Part shown: positions 46,705 to 55,668 of the stretch, in pieces
Layout: every line of letters begins with the position of its first letter
How positions within the stretch are numbered: position 1 is the first letter of the stretch
Virus record (IMG/VR): IMGVR_UViG_3300035696_000019
Coordinates: 41,924 to 105,923 of that record
DNA length: 64,000 nucleotides
Strand: one strand, 5' to 3'
Source: a virus
Made by a program: the position numbers and the translations under genes
The notes under the pieces: model-generated
Told to the model about the DNA's origin: nothing
Database searches by the model: none
The model's input: the letters and a program-made list of their open reading frames with translations, nothing else

Positions 46705-48663
46705 TTAACGCGATTGGTCGAGCAAAGCCTCTTTCAATTGCCCAATGACTTTGGTCGGCAACTCGGATATGGAATTGATCAGCACGTTCTTCGGGTAGAA
46801 TGCGCGCGGCGCATCTGATTGAATGCCGATCCCTACCACGCGCATGCGCTTGGAAAGCTCCGCCACCGTTTCTTTGAGATGCGGCGCCAGTGTTTCATGT
46901 GCGCCATAAGCGGCGGGATAGCCGTCGCTCAGCACGATCAGAATCTTGCCCGCTTCACGACGCTGCAACAGCCGACGACCAGCAATTGCGACACATTCCC
47001 CATCGACGTTGTTGCGCATGGTGCCGCAATGCGGAAGCCAGGCGAAGCGGTTGCGCACTTCGGTGGTCAGGCGCTCGTTGAAACTGCGGATCACCGGCAT
47101 ATACAGCCCTTCGACGCGCGAGTAACGAATCCCCAACTTGCGCTGCTCGCGCTCAATATCGGCGCTCATATCCTTGCCATCCAGATCCTTGGTGGTGAAG
47201 CAGATCACCTCATGCTTGATTCCCAGGCGCTCCAGTGTGGATGATAGCGCGTAGGCGGTCTGCGCCGCGCAATGAATCTTCGCACCCGACATCGAGCCGG
47301 ACATGTCAATAACCAGTGATACCGCCACGTCTTTCGTGGTGGCTTCGTGCTTGCGCGAGAACACGCGCGGGTCATTGAAGGTGAGACGCGTCAAGTTGGA
47401 GGCGTCCAACTTGCCCGATCGATGACCGTGGGAGCGCACCGCCATGGAACGGGCCGAGATAGCGCGCTCCAAGTCCTTCTGGAGCACGCCAACCATGTGA
47501 TCGACTTCATCTTGCAGCTTTTTCAGCATTGTCGGCTGAAAGCCCTTGCCAACGTGCAGCGGTTCGATTTCGTCAAAGTCTGTGGTGTAGACATTGTAAT
47601 CGCTCTTCTCAACAGCCCTAACTGCTTCGGCGGAGATTTCGCGCGACAGCGATTCGTCAAATGAGTTGGCAGAGTCTTTGTCGAGCGCCTCCCAGATGGG
47701 ACTTTCTTTAGCGTCGTTGATTTCTGTGGAAGGTTCGCCATCTTCGTCGGACGTGATCGGGCCGTCACCTTCGTCTTCGCCTTCACCTTCGCCTTCGCCT
47801 TCGTCTTCACCTTCGCCTTCGCCTTCGTCTTCACCTTCGTCTTCACCTTCGCCTTCGTCTTCCTCGCCAGCCTCTTTCTCCTCCTCCTCCTTCTCCTCCT
47901 CGGAAGGTTTCCCCTCCCTCTTGCCTTTCTTGCTGGAGGGCTTCTTCTCGCTCTTGCCACCGCCAGACTTCTTCTCTTCCTTTGAAGTCTTGCTCACTCC
48001 GGCGGTGGAAGTTCCGCCGCTGGTCGGCGGGCAGACGCGCGCGACAATCTCCTCGCACACGTCAAAGCAATCCTGAGTGCTCGCGCATGCCTCGATCTTC
48101 GGCGCCAGGTCTTTGACCTTGTTGTAGAAGCCCTCGACCAGATGCATGCGATCTTTCATGAAGTCGCGGTAAAGCTCTTGGCCCGCCATTGCGCGGATCA
48201 GCGGGACAATCAGCGCCGCTTCAATAGCTTGCGGTCCCTCCGCTTGCGCCTTCTTCAAGTTCGGAATGAGGATTTTATTGAGAAAGAAACGCCCTGTGTC
48301 GCGCAGGTTGGAGCCAGAGCCGGCAAACTTGCCGGCCATTGCCTTCTCGACATGCGGGTCTTCCAAAATATTGAGCATATTGGAGAAAGCTTGACCGCGC
48401 GCGGCGCCCTTCATGATGATTGGCCATTCTGTGAAGAACACATGGCCCATTTCATGATCGAGAAAGCCTTGAATGGCGTCGCACAGTTCTTCGCTCGCCC
48501 CCTCTGGAATGAAAGGTAAGTTGATCAGTATCGGCTTACCTGACTCGTCAGCGCGCACGTAGGCTTGCGCGCCGCGCTGTGTAACTTGAATGTCGCTCCC
48601 GGCCAAAATCTGTGCGATTTTTGCAATCGACTCGCGCAAGATATAAATGCGACCATTTTTCAT
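46705..48663 (-). CDS. CobT-like protein (HExxH N-domain, acidic linker, vWA)
   Basis: HEMGH, MIDAS DMSGS and LSDG. Confidence 0.92.
   Translation of the reverse strand: MKNGRIYILRESIAKIAQILAGSDIQVTQRGAQAYVRADESGKPILINLPFIPEGASEELCDAIQGFLDHEMGHVFFTEWPIIMKGAARGQAFSNMLNILEDPHVEKAMAGKFAGSGSNLRDTGRFFLNKILIPNLKKAQAEGPQAIEAALIVPLIRAMAGQELYRDFMKDRMHLVEGFYNKVKDLAPKIEACASTQDCFDVCEEIVARVCPPTSGGTSTAGVSKTSKEEKKSGGGKSEKKPSSKKGKREGKPSEEEKEEEEKEAGEEDEGEGEDEGEDEGEGEGEDEGEGEGEGEDEGDGPITSDEDGEPSTEINDAKESPIWEALDKDSANSFDESLSREISAEAVRAVEKSDYNVYTTDFDEIEPLHVGKGFQPTMLKKLQDEVDHMVGVLQKDLERAISARSMAVRSHGHRSGKLDASNLTRLTFNDPRVFSRKHEATTKDVAVSLVIDMSGSMSGAKIHCAAQTAYALSSTLERLGIKHEVICFTTKDLDGKDMSADIEREQRKLGIRYSRVEGLYMPVIRSFNERLTTEVRNRFAWLPHCGTMRNNVDGECVAIAGRRLLQRREAGKILIVLSDGYPAAYGAHETLAPHLKETVAELSKRMRVVGIGIQSDAPRAFYPKNVLINSISELPTKVIGQLKEALLDQSR
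47764..47862. repeat. degenerate 6-bp repeats encoding a (GE/DE)n acidic linker
   Basis: CCTTCG/TCTTCA arrays. Confidence 0.8.
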
Positions 48664-48758
48664 TTCTGCATCTCCGAACAAAAGTCACTCATGACTGAAT
48701 GACGCAAGTATGCAATGGATGTGCAGGGGAGACAACTGCTTGTGGATTTCGCCAACAA

Positions 48759-48784
48759 AAAAGCCGAGCATTCGACTCGGCTTT
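48759..48784. terminator. intrinsic terminator AAAGCCGAG-N-CTCGGCTTT
   Basis: Hairpin with A/T tails. Confidence 0.75.
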
Positions 48785-48804
48785 GAACAGGTTGTCGATC
48801 AGCG

Positions 48805-48996
48805 TCACGAGGACATTGCCGCGCGCCCACTAGCGGAGTGGAGAACGGAAACCTTGCCACGCTTGGGGTGAAGGCCGCAAACCACCACCACGTCGCCCAA
48901 ATCCAGGCGGCATTCGATCTGCATCTCGCCCATGGCGTCCGATGCCGTTTCGAAATCTACTTCCTCCCAACCCTCATGCGCACTCATACCACTCAT
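48805..48996 (-). CDS. small hypothetical protein, divergent from the regulator
   Basis: GAGG RBS; operator at 49035. Confidence 0.6.
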   Translation of the reverse strand: MSGMSAHEGWEEVDFETASDAMGEMQIECRLDLGDVVVVCGLHPKRGKVSVLHSASGRAAMSS

Positions 48997-49273
48997 TCAC
49001 ATCTCCTCTCGTCAAATAACGGTAACGCTTAGTATAGTCACTAAGGACTTATTTCATACTGTCAATTTAAAAAAAACTGCATTTTCGATAACTAATCTTT
49101 ACTTGATTGGCAACGGTTGCCGTTATATAACTTGCGTTTGCGGCGGATTCGCGCACTGTCTAGCCAGTAAGTCACGATTGACTGTTACTTATCTATACTT
49201 AGTGCTGATGGTTGAACATCCGTAACCCGACAGTTAGTTACCAAAGTGCGGCACGTGCCGCGAAGGAGAAGAA

Positions 49274-49714
49274 ATGACGGCTTCTACCCAACCCGATACC
49301 AAGTGGAAAAAGTTACCCAAGGTTTCCGAATACATCACCAGGCAAGTTGCACTATGCGGCAAACCTCAAACGCAAATTGCGAGTGAGGCGGGCTTTGACA
49401 AGCCGAACATTATTACCATGTTCAAAACCGGCGCTACAAAATTGCCGATTCCTCGCGTTGCTGTTTTGGCAAAAGCTCTTGGCGTCGATCCAATCTTTTT
49501 ACTACGACTTGCCATGTCCGAATATCAACCGGATAACTGGGCGGCCATTGAGTCAATTTTGACCCAACCAGTCTTAACGGAAAATGAACTAGAAATCATC
49601 CAACTTGTCCGATCTGCAAATGTTCAAAATCCAAAACTACGAAATGACGAAGATAAGCAAATGCTACTAGACGCCATCAATAACTTAAAAGGCGACAATG
49701 AAATAGCCGATTAA
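49274..49714 (+). CDS. XRE/CI-like HTH transcriptional regulator (candidate operator-binding protein)
   Basis: QTQIASEAG...NIITMFKTG..KLP...LAKALGVDP; operator boxes at 49035 and 49169 upstream. Confidence 0.8.
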   Translation: MTASTQPDTKWKKLPKVSEYITRQVALCGKPQTQIASEAGFDKPNIITMFKTGATKLPIPRVAVLAKALGVDPIFLLRLAMSEYQPDNWAAIESILTQPVLTENELEIIQLVRSANVQNPKLRNDEDKQMLLDAINNLKGDNEIAD

Positions 49715-49738
49715 GCCACAAAAATAAGAAATTTAATC

Positions 49739-49762
49739 AAAGGGCGCAATATTGTGCCCTTT
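49739..49762 (+). terminator. hairpin AAAGGGCGCAAT/ATTGTGCCCTTT
   Basis: Located after the regulator stop. Confidence 0.65.
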
Positions 49763-49983
49763 GCATTTTCTCAACACTCACGCAACGCGGGTGAAAATAA
49801 TAGAACCGCGCTTACTGTGTCGCAATCAATTTAGTGCATGTTACGCTTGATTAAGATCAACCCTTTTCCATCCGTTTAGAACAACTCAAAACATGGAAAC
49901 AGTTTTAAATCGCTCTTATCTGCGTCATGCCTCAATTGCATTCCAACTAATGCCCAGACACCCCTTATGTGCTGTTTCTCGCA

Positions 49984-50013
49984 AATATCCTAAAACCTTT
50001 GTTTTAGGATATT
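49984..50013. other. lox/dif-like recombination site AATATCCTAAAAC-CTTT-GTTTTAGGATATT
   Basis: 13-bp inverted arms about 80 bp upstream of a tyrosine recombinase. Confidence 0.6.
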
Positions 50014-50091
50014 CCAGCCGCTAAACCGCGTCGTTGCTAGGTTCCGCGACTTGCCTTACCTTTCGCCCCGAGTGCACCCTATAATCAGCGC

Positions 50092-50670
50092 ATGGGACGA
50101 AAACAAGGCATTGCTCCATATATCGAGGAAGAAGACATGCAGCGCGTCATCGCGGCGTGTGATGGCCCCAACCAGGCACGCAACCGCGCGATTCTGCTCG
50201 TCTCCTACAACCTGGGGCTACGCGCGAAGGAACTTGCCTCACTGACGATCGGTGACATGCTCGACGCGGACGGTCGGCTGAATGAGACGATCCGACTGTT
50301 GAAGCACATGACCAAGGGCGCGAAGTTCCGTGAGGTGTTTCTGGTGCATGACGCGACTCGTCAGACATTGGAGGATTACCTGTCTCATCGCGGCAGACGC
50401 GGCGGGGATCGCCCGCTATTTCTCTCTCAGAAGGGCCAGCCTTTTTCCGCCAATTCCATGCAACGGCTCATGGGTCAGCTCTATCACAATGCGCACATCC
50501 TCGGGTCATCACACTCCGGGCGCCGGTCGTTTGCCACGCGATTGATCGAACGCGGGGCCGACATTTACGCCATCAAGGAACTGATGGGTCACGAGTCCAT
50601 CACGACAACGCAGGCTTACTTTTTCGCATCGCCGGAAAGACTCAAGAAAATCAGCAAGTTGCTAGGTTGA
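50092..50670 (+). CDS. small tyrosine recombinase (putative dimer resolvase)
   Basis: GLRAKE, HSGRR and GH...Y catalytic residues. Confidence 0.92.
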   Translation: MGRKQGIAPYIEEEDMQRVIAACDGPNQARNRAILLVSYNLGLRAKELASLTIGDMLDADGRLNETIRLLKHMTKGAKFREVFLVHDATRQTLEDYLSHRGRRGGDRPLFLSQKGQPFSANSMQRLMGQLYHNAHILGSSHSGRRSFATRLIERGADIYAIKELMGHESITTTQAYFFASPERLKKISKLLG

Positions 50671-50775
50671 TATGATTTCATAGCATAGGCTTTGATCGCA
50701 CATCATTTCATATGACTTGCTTTGCTTTCATAGCATATGCTTTGCTATGCTTTGATTTGATTGCCTCATATGAGG
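50671..50775. repeat. parS-like array of 5-bp-periodic repeats (TATGA/TCATA/TTTGC/TAGCA)
   Basis: Lies directly upstream of parA, as in type Ib par loci. Confidence 0.6.
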
Positions 50776-50782
50776 CCGCAAC

Positions 50783-51448
50783 GTGGAGAATGGGATGATC
50801 ACGGTCGTGGGGTCTGAAAAGGGCGGCGTAGGCAAGACAACGCTCGCAACCAATATCGCAACGGTCATTGCGGCAGAGCCGAGCGTCGGAAGCGTGCTGC
50901 TGGTCAGTTGCGACAAGCAGGGCAGCGCAGTCGGGTGGGCGACGATCCGTTATAGCTGCGGCGTTGAGCCGAACATCGAGTGGCTTTCAAAGCTTGGGGC
51001 CGATGTGGGCAGTGCACTGATCAGTCTGCGTGACGACTTTGACCACATCGTTGTGGATTGCGCCGGCGAGGACTCGACGGAGCTGCGTCAAGCAATGATG
51101 GTTGCCGATCGCATGTTACTGCCTCTACTGCCAAGCTCATTCGATATCTGGACACTCGGCACACTGGCGGAACACGTCAAGAGCGCGCGCGCCAAGGGGA
51201 ACGCCAAACTGACGCCGCTGATGGTTATCAACAAAGCCAGCACGAACGCCAGTCTCGAAAGCGAGGTCACAGAGACGCGCGATCTGCTCGCCAGCTTTGA
51301 CGGCGTGCTGCGACTGGCGAACACAGTGGTGCACGACCGTGTAGTGTTTCGTCGGGCTGTGCGCTCCGGACATGGCGTCATTGAGGTCTCAGGCAGTCGG
51401 AAGGCAGCCGACGAGGTGCGAGCGCTCTGCGAGGAGCTATACGCATGA
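50783..51448 (+). CDS. parA: type Ib ParA partition ATPase
   Basis: KGGVGKTT, DKQGS and VVDC; no N-terminal HTH. Confidence 0.92.
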   Translation: MENGMITVVGSEKGGVGKTTLATNIATVIAAEPSVGSVLLVSCDKQGSAVGWATIRYSCGVEPNIEWLSKLGADVGSALISLRDDFDHIVVDCAGEDSTELRQAMMVADRMLLPLLPSSFDIWTLGTLAEHVKSARAKGNAKLTPLMVINKASTNASLESEVTETRDLLASFDGVLRLANTVVHDRVVFRRAVRSGHGVIEVSGSRKAADEVRALCEELYA

Positions 51449-51753
51449 CTAAGCCAACCAAACCCCCGCTACAGCTTAACCCACTTGCACAGGGCGCCAC
51501 CTCGTCGGAAGAACTCGCTCGACGACTGGAGAATGCCGCCGACTGGACGGCGCAGGCAGAGTTGAAACCTGGCGTGACGCCTTGGGCCAACGCCCACCCC
51601 AAAATGAAGGTAAACTTCCTCTACAGGATGAGTGAAGAACTCCATTTGAAGCTTAAATTTATCGTGGAGCATGAGCCTCAGACATCCATGCAAAAGCTTG
51701 TCAATGAAGCTGTTGAAGCCGAAGTGGAAAGGCGACTGAGAAAGTTTAGATAG
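51445..51753 (+). CDS. ParG-like ribbon-helix-helix centromere-binding protein
   Basis: Overlaps the parA stop; NFLYRMSEELH.KLK...SMQKLVNEAV. Confidence 0.7.
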   Translation: MTKPTKPPLQLNPLAQGATSSEELARRLENAADWTAQAELKPGVTPWANAHPKMKVNFLYRMSEELHLKLKFIVEHEPQTSMQKLVNEAVEAEVERRLRKFR

Positions 51754-51758
51754 CGGCG

Positions 51759-52279
51759 ATTGCACCCCAATTGCACCGCAAATGCTATTTGAGGGACAAA
51801 GTTAGCGTGCGGAATATCGCTCAAAGCCAATAGCGACAAGACCTGAAAGGCTACACGCTGCGCGCGGCGGGCATCATCAACATGTTCCCGCACACCGCCC
51901 ACGTCGAATCCATCGCCTTGTTCGAAAAAACCGGCCCGGGCAAGAGCCGCGAAGAACTCGACGCAATGGAAGCCGAAGAAGCCGCACGCATCGCCGCCAA
52001 CAAGGCCGCGAAAGAAGCGCGTAAAGCCCTGGAAGCCGAAGAGAAAAAGCGCCTGGCAGAAGAAGCCAATGCCAAGAAAGAAGCGCGTCACCAGCACTAT
52101 CTGGACAACAAGGAATACTACGACGCCAGAAGCGCGGCGCAGCTTGAAAAACAGAAGGCCGAAGCCGCGTTGAACCCGAACCCGGTGAAGAAGAAAAAGA
52201 AGTCCAGAAACCGGCGGTAAACGGGAAGATTTATCATTGACGAGTAGGTAGGTTGCATGGATTGCACCGCAATTGCACC
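51759..52279 (+). mobile_element. attP: 3' fragment of host rlmD flanked by paired arm-type repeats ATTGCACC (51759, 51770, 52261, 52272)
   Basis: Direct repeats on both sides of the gene fragment, immediately upstream of the integrase. Confidence 0.75.
51843..52220 (+). pseudogene. rlmD: 3' end of 23S rRNA m5U1939 methyltransferase gene (replacement copy in attP)
   Basis: [29 protein letters not shown] is the RlmD/RumA C-terminal motif; the 5' part is absent. Confidence 0.8.
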
Positions 52280-52300
52280 GCGAAAAATGCGGGGAAAACC

Positions 52301-53491
52301 ATGCAAGTTGTTCTTACAGATAGTCTCATTTCCCGGCTGTCGTTTGCCTCAAAGGGCGACCGATACGAGGTCATTGACCGACGACAGCCGGGATTGATCG
52401 TTGTGGTAGGCTCGCGCTCGAAAGTCTTCTACTGGCGCACGCGCGTCAATTACAAACCTATCAAAGTCAATCTGGGTCAATTCGGGACGACGACGACCCA
52501 ACAAGCTCGGGCAGAAGTCCTCAAGTTGATTCTCCAGTCGCGAGAGGGGGTCTTGCCGCCCTCTCTACGCAAAGAGAAGGCTCTGCGTGTAACCACTCCC
52601 TCTCTACAACAGGTCTTCGATCAGTATTTGGTGATGCGCAAGCTGCGCCAAACATCCATCGACTCCTACAAGAAAATCGCCCGTCTTTATCTGGCTGATC
52701 TCATGTCGCGAGAAGTCTCGGCCATAACCAGCCTTGACTGCATGAAGCTTTACCAAGCATTGCGCGACGACAAGTCGCCAGCCAAAGCCAACGATGCCAT
52801 TCGTCTTCTGAATGCGCTAATGGTCTACGCGGCAGCGGCGTTCGATGTTGAGGTTTGTCAGGTGAAGTCGAAGCTTAAAGCCGCCGGGCTTCTCCAGCCG
52901 ACGCCAGCGCGCAACGACCTGATTAAAGACGGCGAATTGACGGCGTGGTTTGAGGCGCTGATGCCCCGGCCCACCCATTATCGAATGATGTTGCTGACGG
53001 CGATCCTGACCGGCTTTCGCAAAGGCGAACTCGAAAAACTCGCGTGGGACGACTTCTCAAAAGTTGAAGGCACACTACTGGCCCGCGACACCAAAAATCA
53101 CCGCGATCATTTACTCCCCATAGGGCCGGCGCTGACAGATACATTGGGTCGTTACCTCGAACAGCGCTCAAGGATCGGACTTATATTTGGCCCGAGAATA
53201 GACCGGTGGATTTCACTCTCTGCCGCAAAGGGTGGAGTCGAGTTCTCGGCTCACACGCTGCGTCGAACATTCGCATCTGCCGCATCGAAGCTTTTGGGTA
53301 ATCCAACCATGGTGAAAACGCTACTGAATCACAGCATGGGCAACGACGTGACGGCGCACAATTACATTCGATTTGAGCGCGAAGACCTGCGTGCGGCGAT
53401 GACGCACATAGAGGAATTCTTTCTGTCAAAAGTGGACATCACACTCTTTTTGACGGAGCTATACCGCGCCAAGCACAAGTCTGAGGATTGA
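52301..53491 (+). CDS. int: tyrosine integrase with N-terminal arm-binding domain
   Basis: D...PGL.V.V...SK.F, GFRKGE, TKN, HTLRRT and LNH...Y. Confidence 0.93.
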   Translation: MQVVLTDSLISRLSFASKGDRYEVIDRRQPGLIVVVGSRSKVFYWRTRVNYKPIKVNLGQFGTTTTQQARAEVLKLILQSREGVLPPSLRKEKALRVTTPSLQQVFDQYLVMRKLRQTSIDSYKKIARLYLADLMSREVSAITSLDCMKLYQALRDDKSPAKANDAIRLLNALMVYAAAAFDVEVCQVKSKLKAAGLLQPTPARNDLIKDGELTAWFEALMPRPTHYRMMLLTAILTGFRKGELEKLAWDDFSKVEGTLLARDTKNHRDHLLPIGPALTDTLGRYLEQRSRIGLIFGPRIDRWISLSAAKGGVEFSAHTLRRTFASAASKLLGNPTMVKTLLNHSMGNDVTAHNYIRFEREDLRAAMTHIEEFFLSKVDITLFLTELYRAKHKSED

Positions 53492-53502
53492 GTGTTCGAC
53501 AG

Positions 53503-53784
53503 TCACGCCACTTCGTTCTCGCGCAGACCCGCCATGCTTAACGCCGGACAGCGGATCGGTGCGCGGTTCTGCGTCACTTCGCGCGCGATGTAAGATAGCA
53601 TCAGATCGACGAGACGGAAGCCTTCGCTACGCTGACCATCCAATCTCAAGCGTGTCTGAAAGGCGAGCACATGGATCGGTTGCAGCGTGTCGAGCGGACG
53701 CGACCAAAGCGGAGACGAGAATAGCGCCGTGTCACATAGAGCGTAACGCAGCGCCGGGATGTCTTTCATAGCCAGTGTGTTCAT
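53503..53784 (-). CDS. hypothetical protein
   Basis: ORF convergent on the integrase. Confidence 0.4.
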   Translation of the reverse strand: MNTLAMKDIPALRYALCDTALFSSPLWSRPLDTLQPIHVLAFQTRLRLDGQRSEGFRLVDLMLSYIAREVTQNRAPIRCPALSMAGLRENEVA

Positions 53785-53803
53785 ACTGGCTATCGTAGCA
53801 AAG

Positions 53804-54013
53804 TTATGCGGCGTTTGCCGCTCGTTTGGAGAGTTCGGCGGCGCGCTGAGTGGAGTATTCCACCCAGGCGAGCATATCGAACAGCGGCACGACCTGACCA
53901 TTGGCATCAATGATCTGCACGTTGCCTGGCACCCCTGGCGGGCCAGCAAACGACCGCCAGGGCATTGTTTTGACCAGATCGTCGATGCTGCGCTTGTTGA
54001 GTTGTTCGCTCAT
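53804..54013 (-). CDS. hypothetical protein
   Basis: GAGG RBS overlapping an operator box. Confidence 0.65.
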   Translation of the reverse strand: MSEQLNKRSIDDLVKTMPWRSFAGPPGVPGNVQIIDANGQVVPLFDMLAWVEYSTQRAAELSKRAANAA

Positions 54014-54027
54014 TACTGACTTATTCC

Positions 54028-54756
54028 TCAGAGTTTAGTTACGTCGCATTGACTGGCGGATCGTGTCTCTTTCAATCGATCCTCGATGGCGCGAGCAATC
54101 GCAACTGCATCGTCGTCGAAAACCTCGAACGATAAGTTGTCTTTGGACTTCCCTTCTGCTTCCGTCGTCTCGAAGATGTGCAATATTTCCTCGTCCGTCA
54201 GCGCCCGCGCCGGTTGCTCAGCCTCCTGCGCGATGGTCTGTAACGCCTTGTCACGAGATTGCGCAGACAGTTCGACTTGAGTCGCGACCGGGGTATTAGT
54301 CTCTTCATTCGCGTATTCAGGGTTATAGGTGCCGCACGAAGGGCACTCTATTATTGCTGACTCGCGTTCGACCCAAGCCATTGCGCCGCACTGCTGGCAC
54401 ATGAAATGTTCGTGTGCATGCGCCAGAAATACTTCCATGATGTATTTGGGCAAGCCCACCATTCCGAGCTTATCCTCGGAATGGTTTGGCGCGGCGGCAA
54501 GCATCGAGAACAGCATTTTCTGATGCGCGAGCACCTGGGCATCTTGCTGATTCGTAATGCCTTCGTCTCTGCCCCACGTGAGCATCTGAGCTGCCAGATA
54601 GACGGCTTCCCTCCACTCCTCCGGCACGCTCACCGACTCGGGCGGGATGGTGGCGATGATGGCGGCGAGGTTAATTGCTGAAACATCTACACCGTTGTAT
54701 TCGTGAATAGCATCCCGCACAGCCTCCGCAATCTTCAAGTCACGTTCTGCGCTCAT
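54028..54756 (-). CDS. mosaic phage hypothetical protein with Zn ribbon
   Basis: CQQC...CPSC, MLAAAP and LTDEEI motifs. Confidence 0.7.
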   Translation of the reverse strand: MSAERDLKIAEAVRDAIHEYNGVDVSAINLAAIIATIPPESVSVPEEWREAVYLAAQMLTWGRDEGITNQQDAQVLAHQKMLFSMLAAAPNHSEDKLGMVGLPKYIMEVFLAHAHEHFMCQQCGAMAWVERESAIIECPSCGTYNPEYANEETNTPVATQVELSAQSRDKALQTIAQEAEQPARALTDEEILHIFETTEAEGKSKDNLSFEVFDDDAVAIARAIEDRLKETRSASQCDVTKL

Positions 54757-54944
54757 CGTTCAGCCCCTTGGTATTTGGCTTCGAATGCCTTTCGGCCAAT
54801 TTCTATACACTCTTCCACGAATTCCCAAATCTCGTCAGCGAAGTGCTCACGCCCATACAAATAATCGCTGTATTTCAATTCTTCGAAATCCCAATTTTTG
54901 AGAATGGCGATCCTTGCAATCCGCAGCATTTCTGACTTTTCCAT
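54753..54944 (-). CDS. hypothetical protein
   Basis: GAGG RBS. Confidence 0.6.
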   Translation of the reverse strand: MEKSEMLRIARIAILKNWDFEELKYSDYLYGREHFADEIWEFVEECIEIGRKAFEAKYQGAER

Positions 54945-55250
54945 CACCTCTCTCCTTTCAACGCCGCGCGGCTGGCTTGCCAACCTGCTCTATAATGACT
55001 CAGCGCTTTTGCGTGCTCATGGCTCAGTGCTAAGTCGCTGTCCAACGGAATGCCATAGGCCATTACGGCAGCTTCAAACTCCGCCCGACTCTGCGCCTCG
55101 TTTGGCACGGCTGGCGGTTGCGGGGCGGCGTAAAATCTAGTTCCCACTGGATAAACATCTTGTGGTTTTTCCTTCATCCACCTAACCCACCCACCGTCAA
55201 TAACAATCGCAACCGGCTCATCCCATTGACGCGACAAGTTGGCTTGCCAC

Positions 55251-55595
55251 TCATGATTTGCTCTCCATCGCTTCGAGCGCATTTCTACACGCTTCATCCG
55301 GCGTATCGCCCTGCCCGCAAGCCAGCACCTTGCGATCAGGATCGTCCTCTCGTGGTTTGGAGCAGATCCAGGCCATCCAATCGGTTCTGCGCGTATATGC
55401 CAGCTCGAAGTAGCAATACGGATTGGCATCCAACATGGCGGCGTGCTCAGCGAACAGTGCGCGAATCGGGTCAGTCGTCGGCACGCTCGTCAGCACGACG
55501 CGGCACAGTTCAGCGATGTCGATACCCACGTCCTCGTTTGCTCTGATATCCAGCCACAAACGAACAGCTTCTTGCATTTCTGGTGTTACTTGCAT
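55251..55595 (-). CDS. hypothetical protein
   Basis: 114 aa with RBS. Confidence 0.65.
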   Translation of the reverse strand: MQVTPEMQEAVRLWLDIRANEDVGIDIAELCRVVLTSVPTTDPIRALFAEHAAMLDANPYCYFELAYTRRTDWMAWICSKPREDDPDRKVLACGQGDTPDEACRNALEAMESKS

Positions 55596-55668
55596 GCTAA
55601 TCCCCTGTGTTTCGTGCGCTGAATCGACGCGTCGATCACGTCTTGATGCACTTCGATGGCATCGAAGA

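Noticed and set aside
6600-48600. Long plus-strand ORFs (e.g. 17374..18441, 21926..22777, 32612..33601)
   Set aside because: They are antisense shadows of well-supported minus-strand genes in GC-rich DNA, with no motifs or RBS.
45389-48663. Cobalamin biosynthesis locus
   Set aside because: No cobN or other cob genes are present, and this AAA/vWA pair is common in phage replication regions.
51882-52220. Independent 112-aa gene
   Set aside because: Homology to the RlmD C-terminus begins upstream of this ATG and there is no RBS, so it is better explained as the attP fragment.
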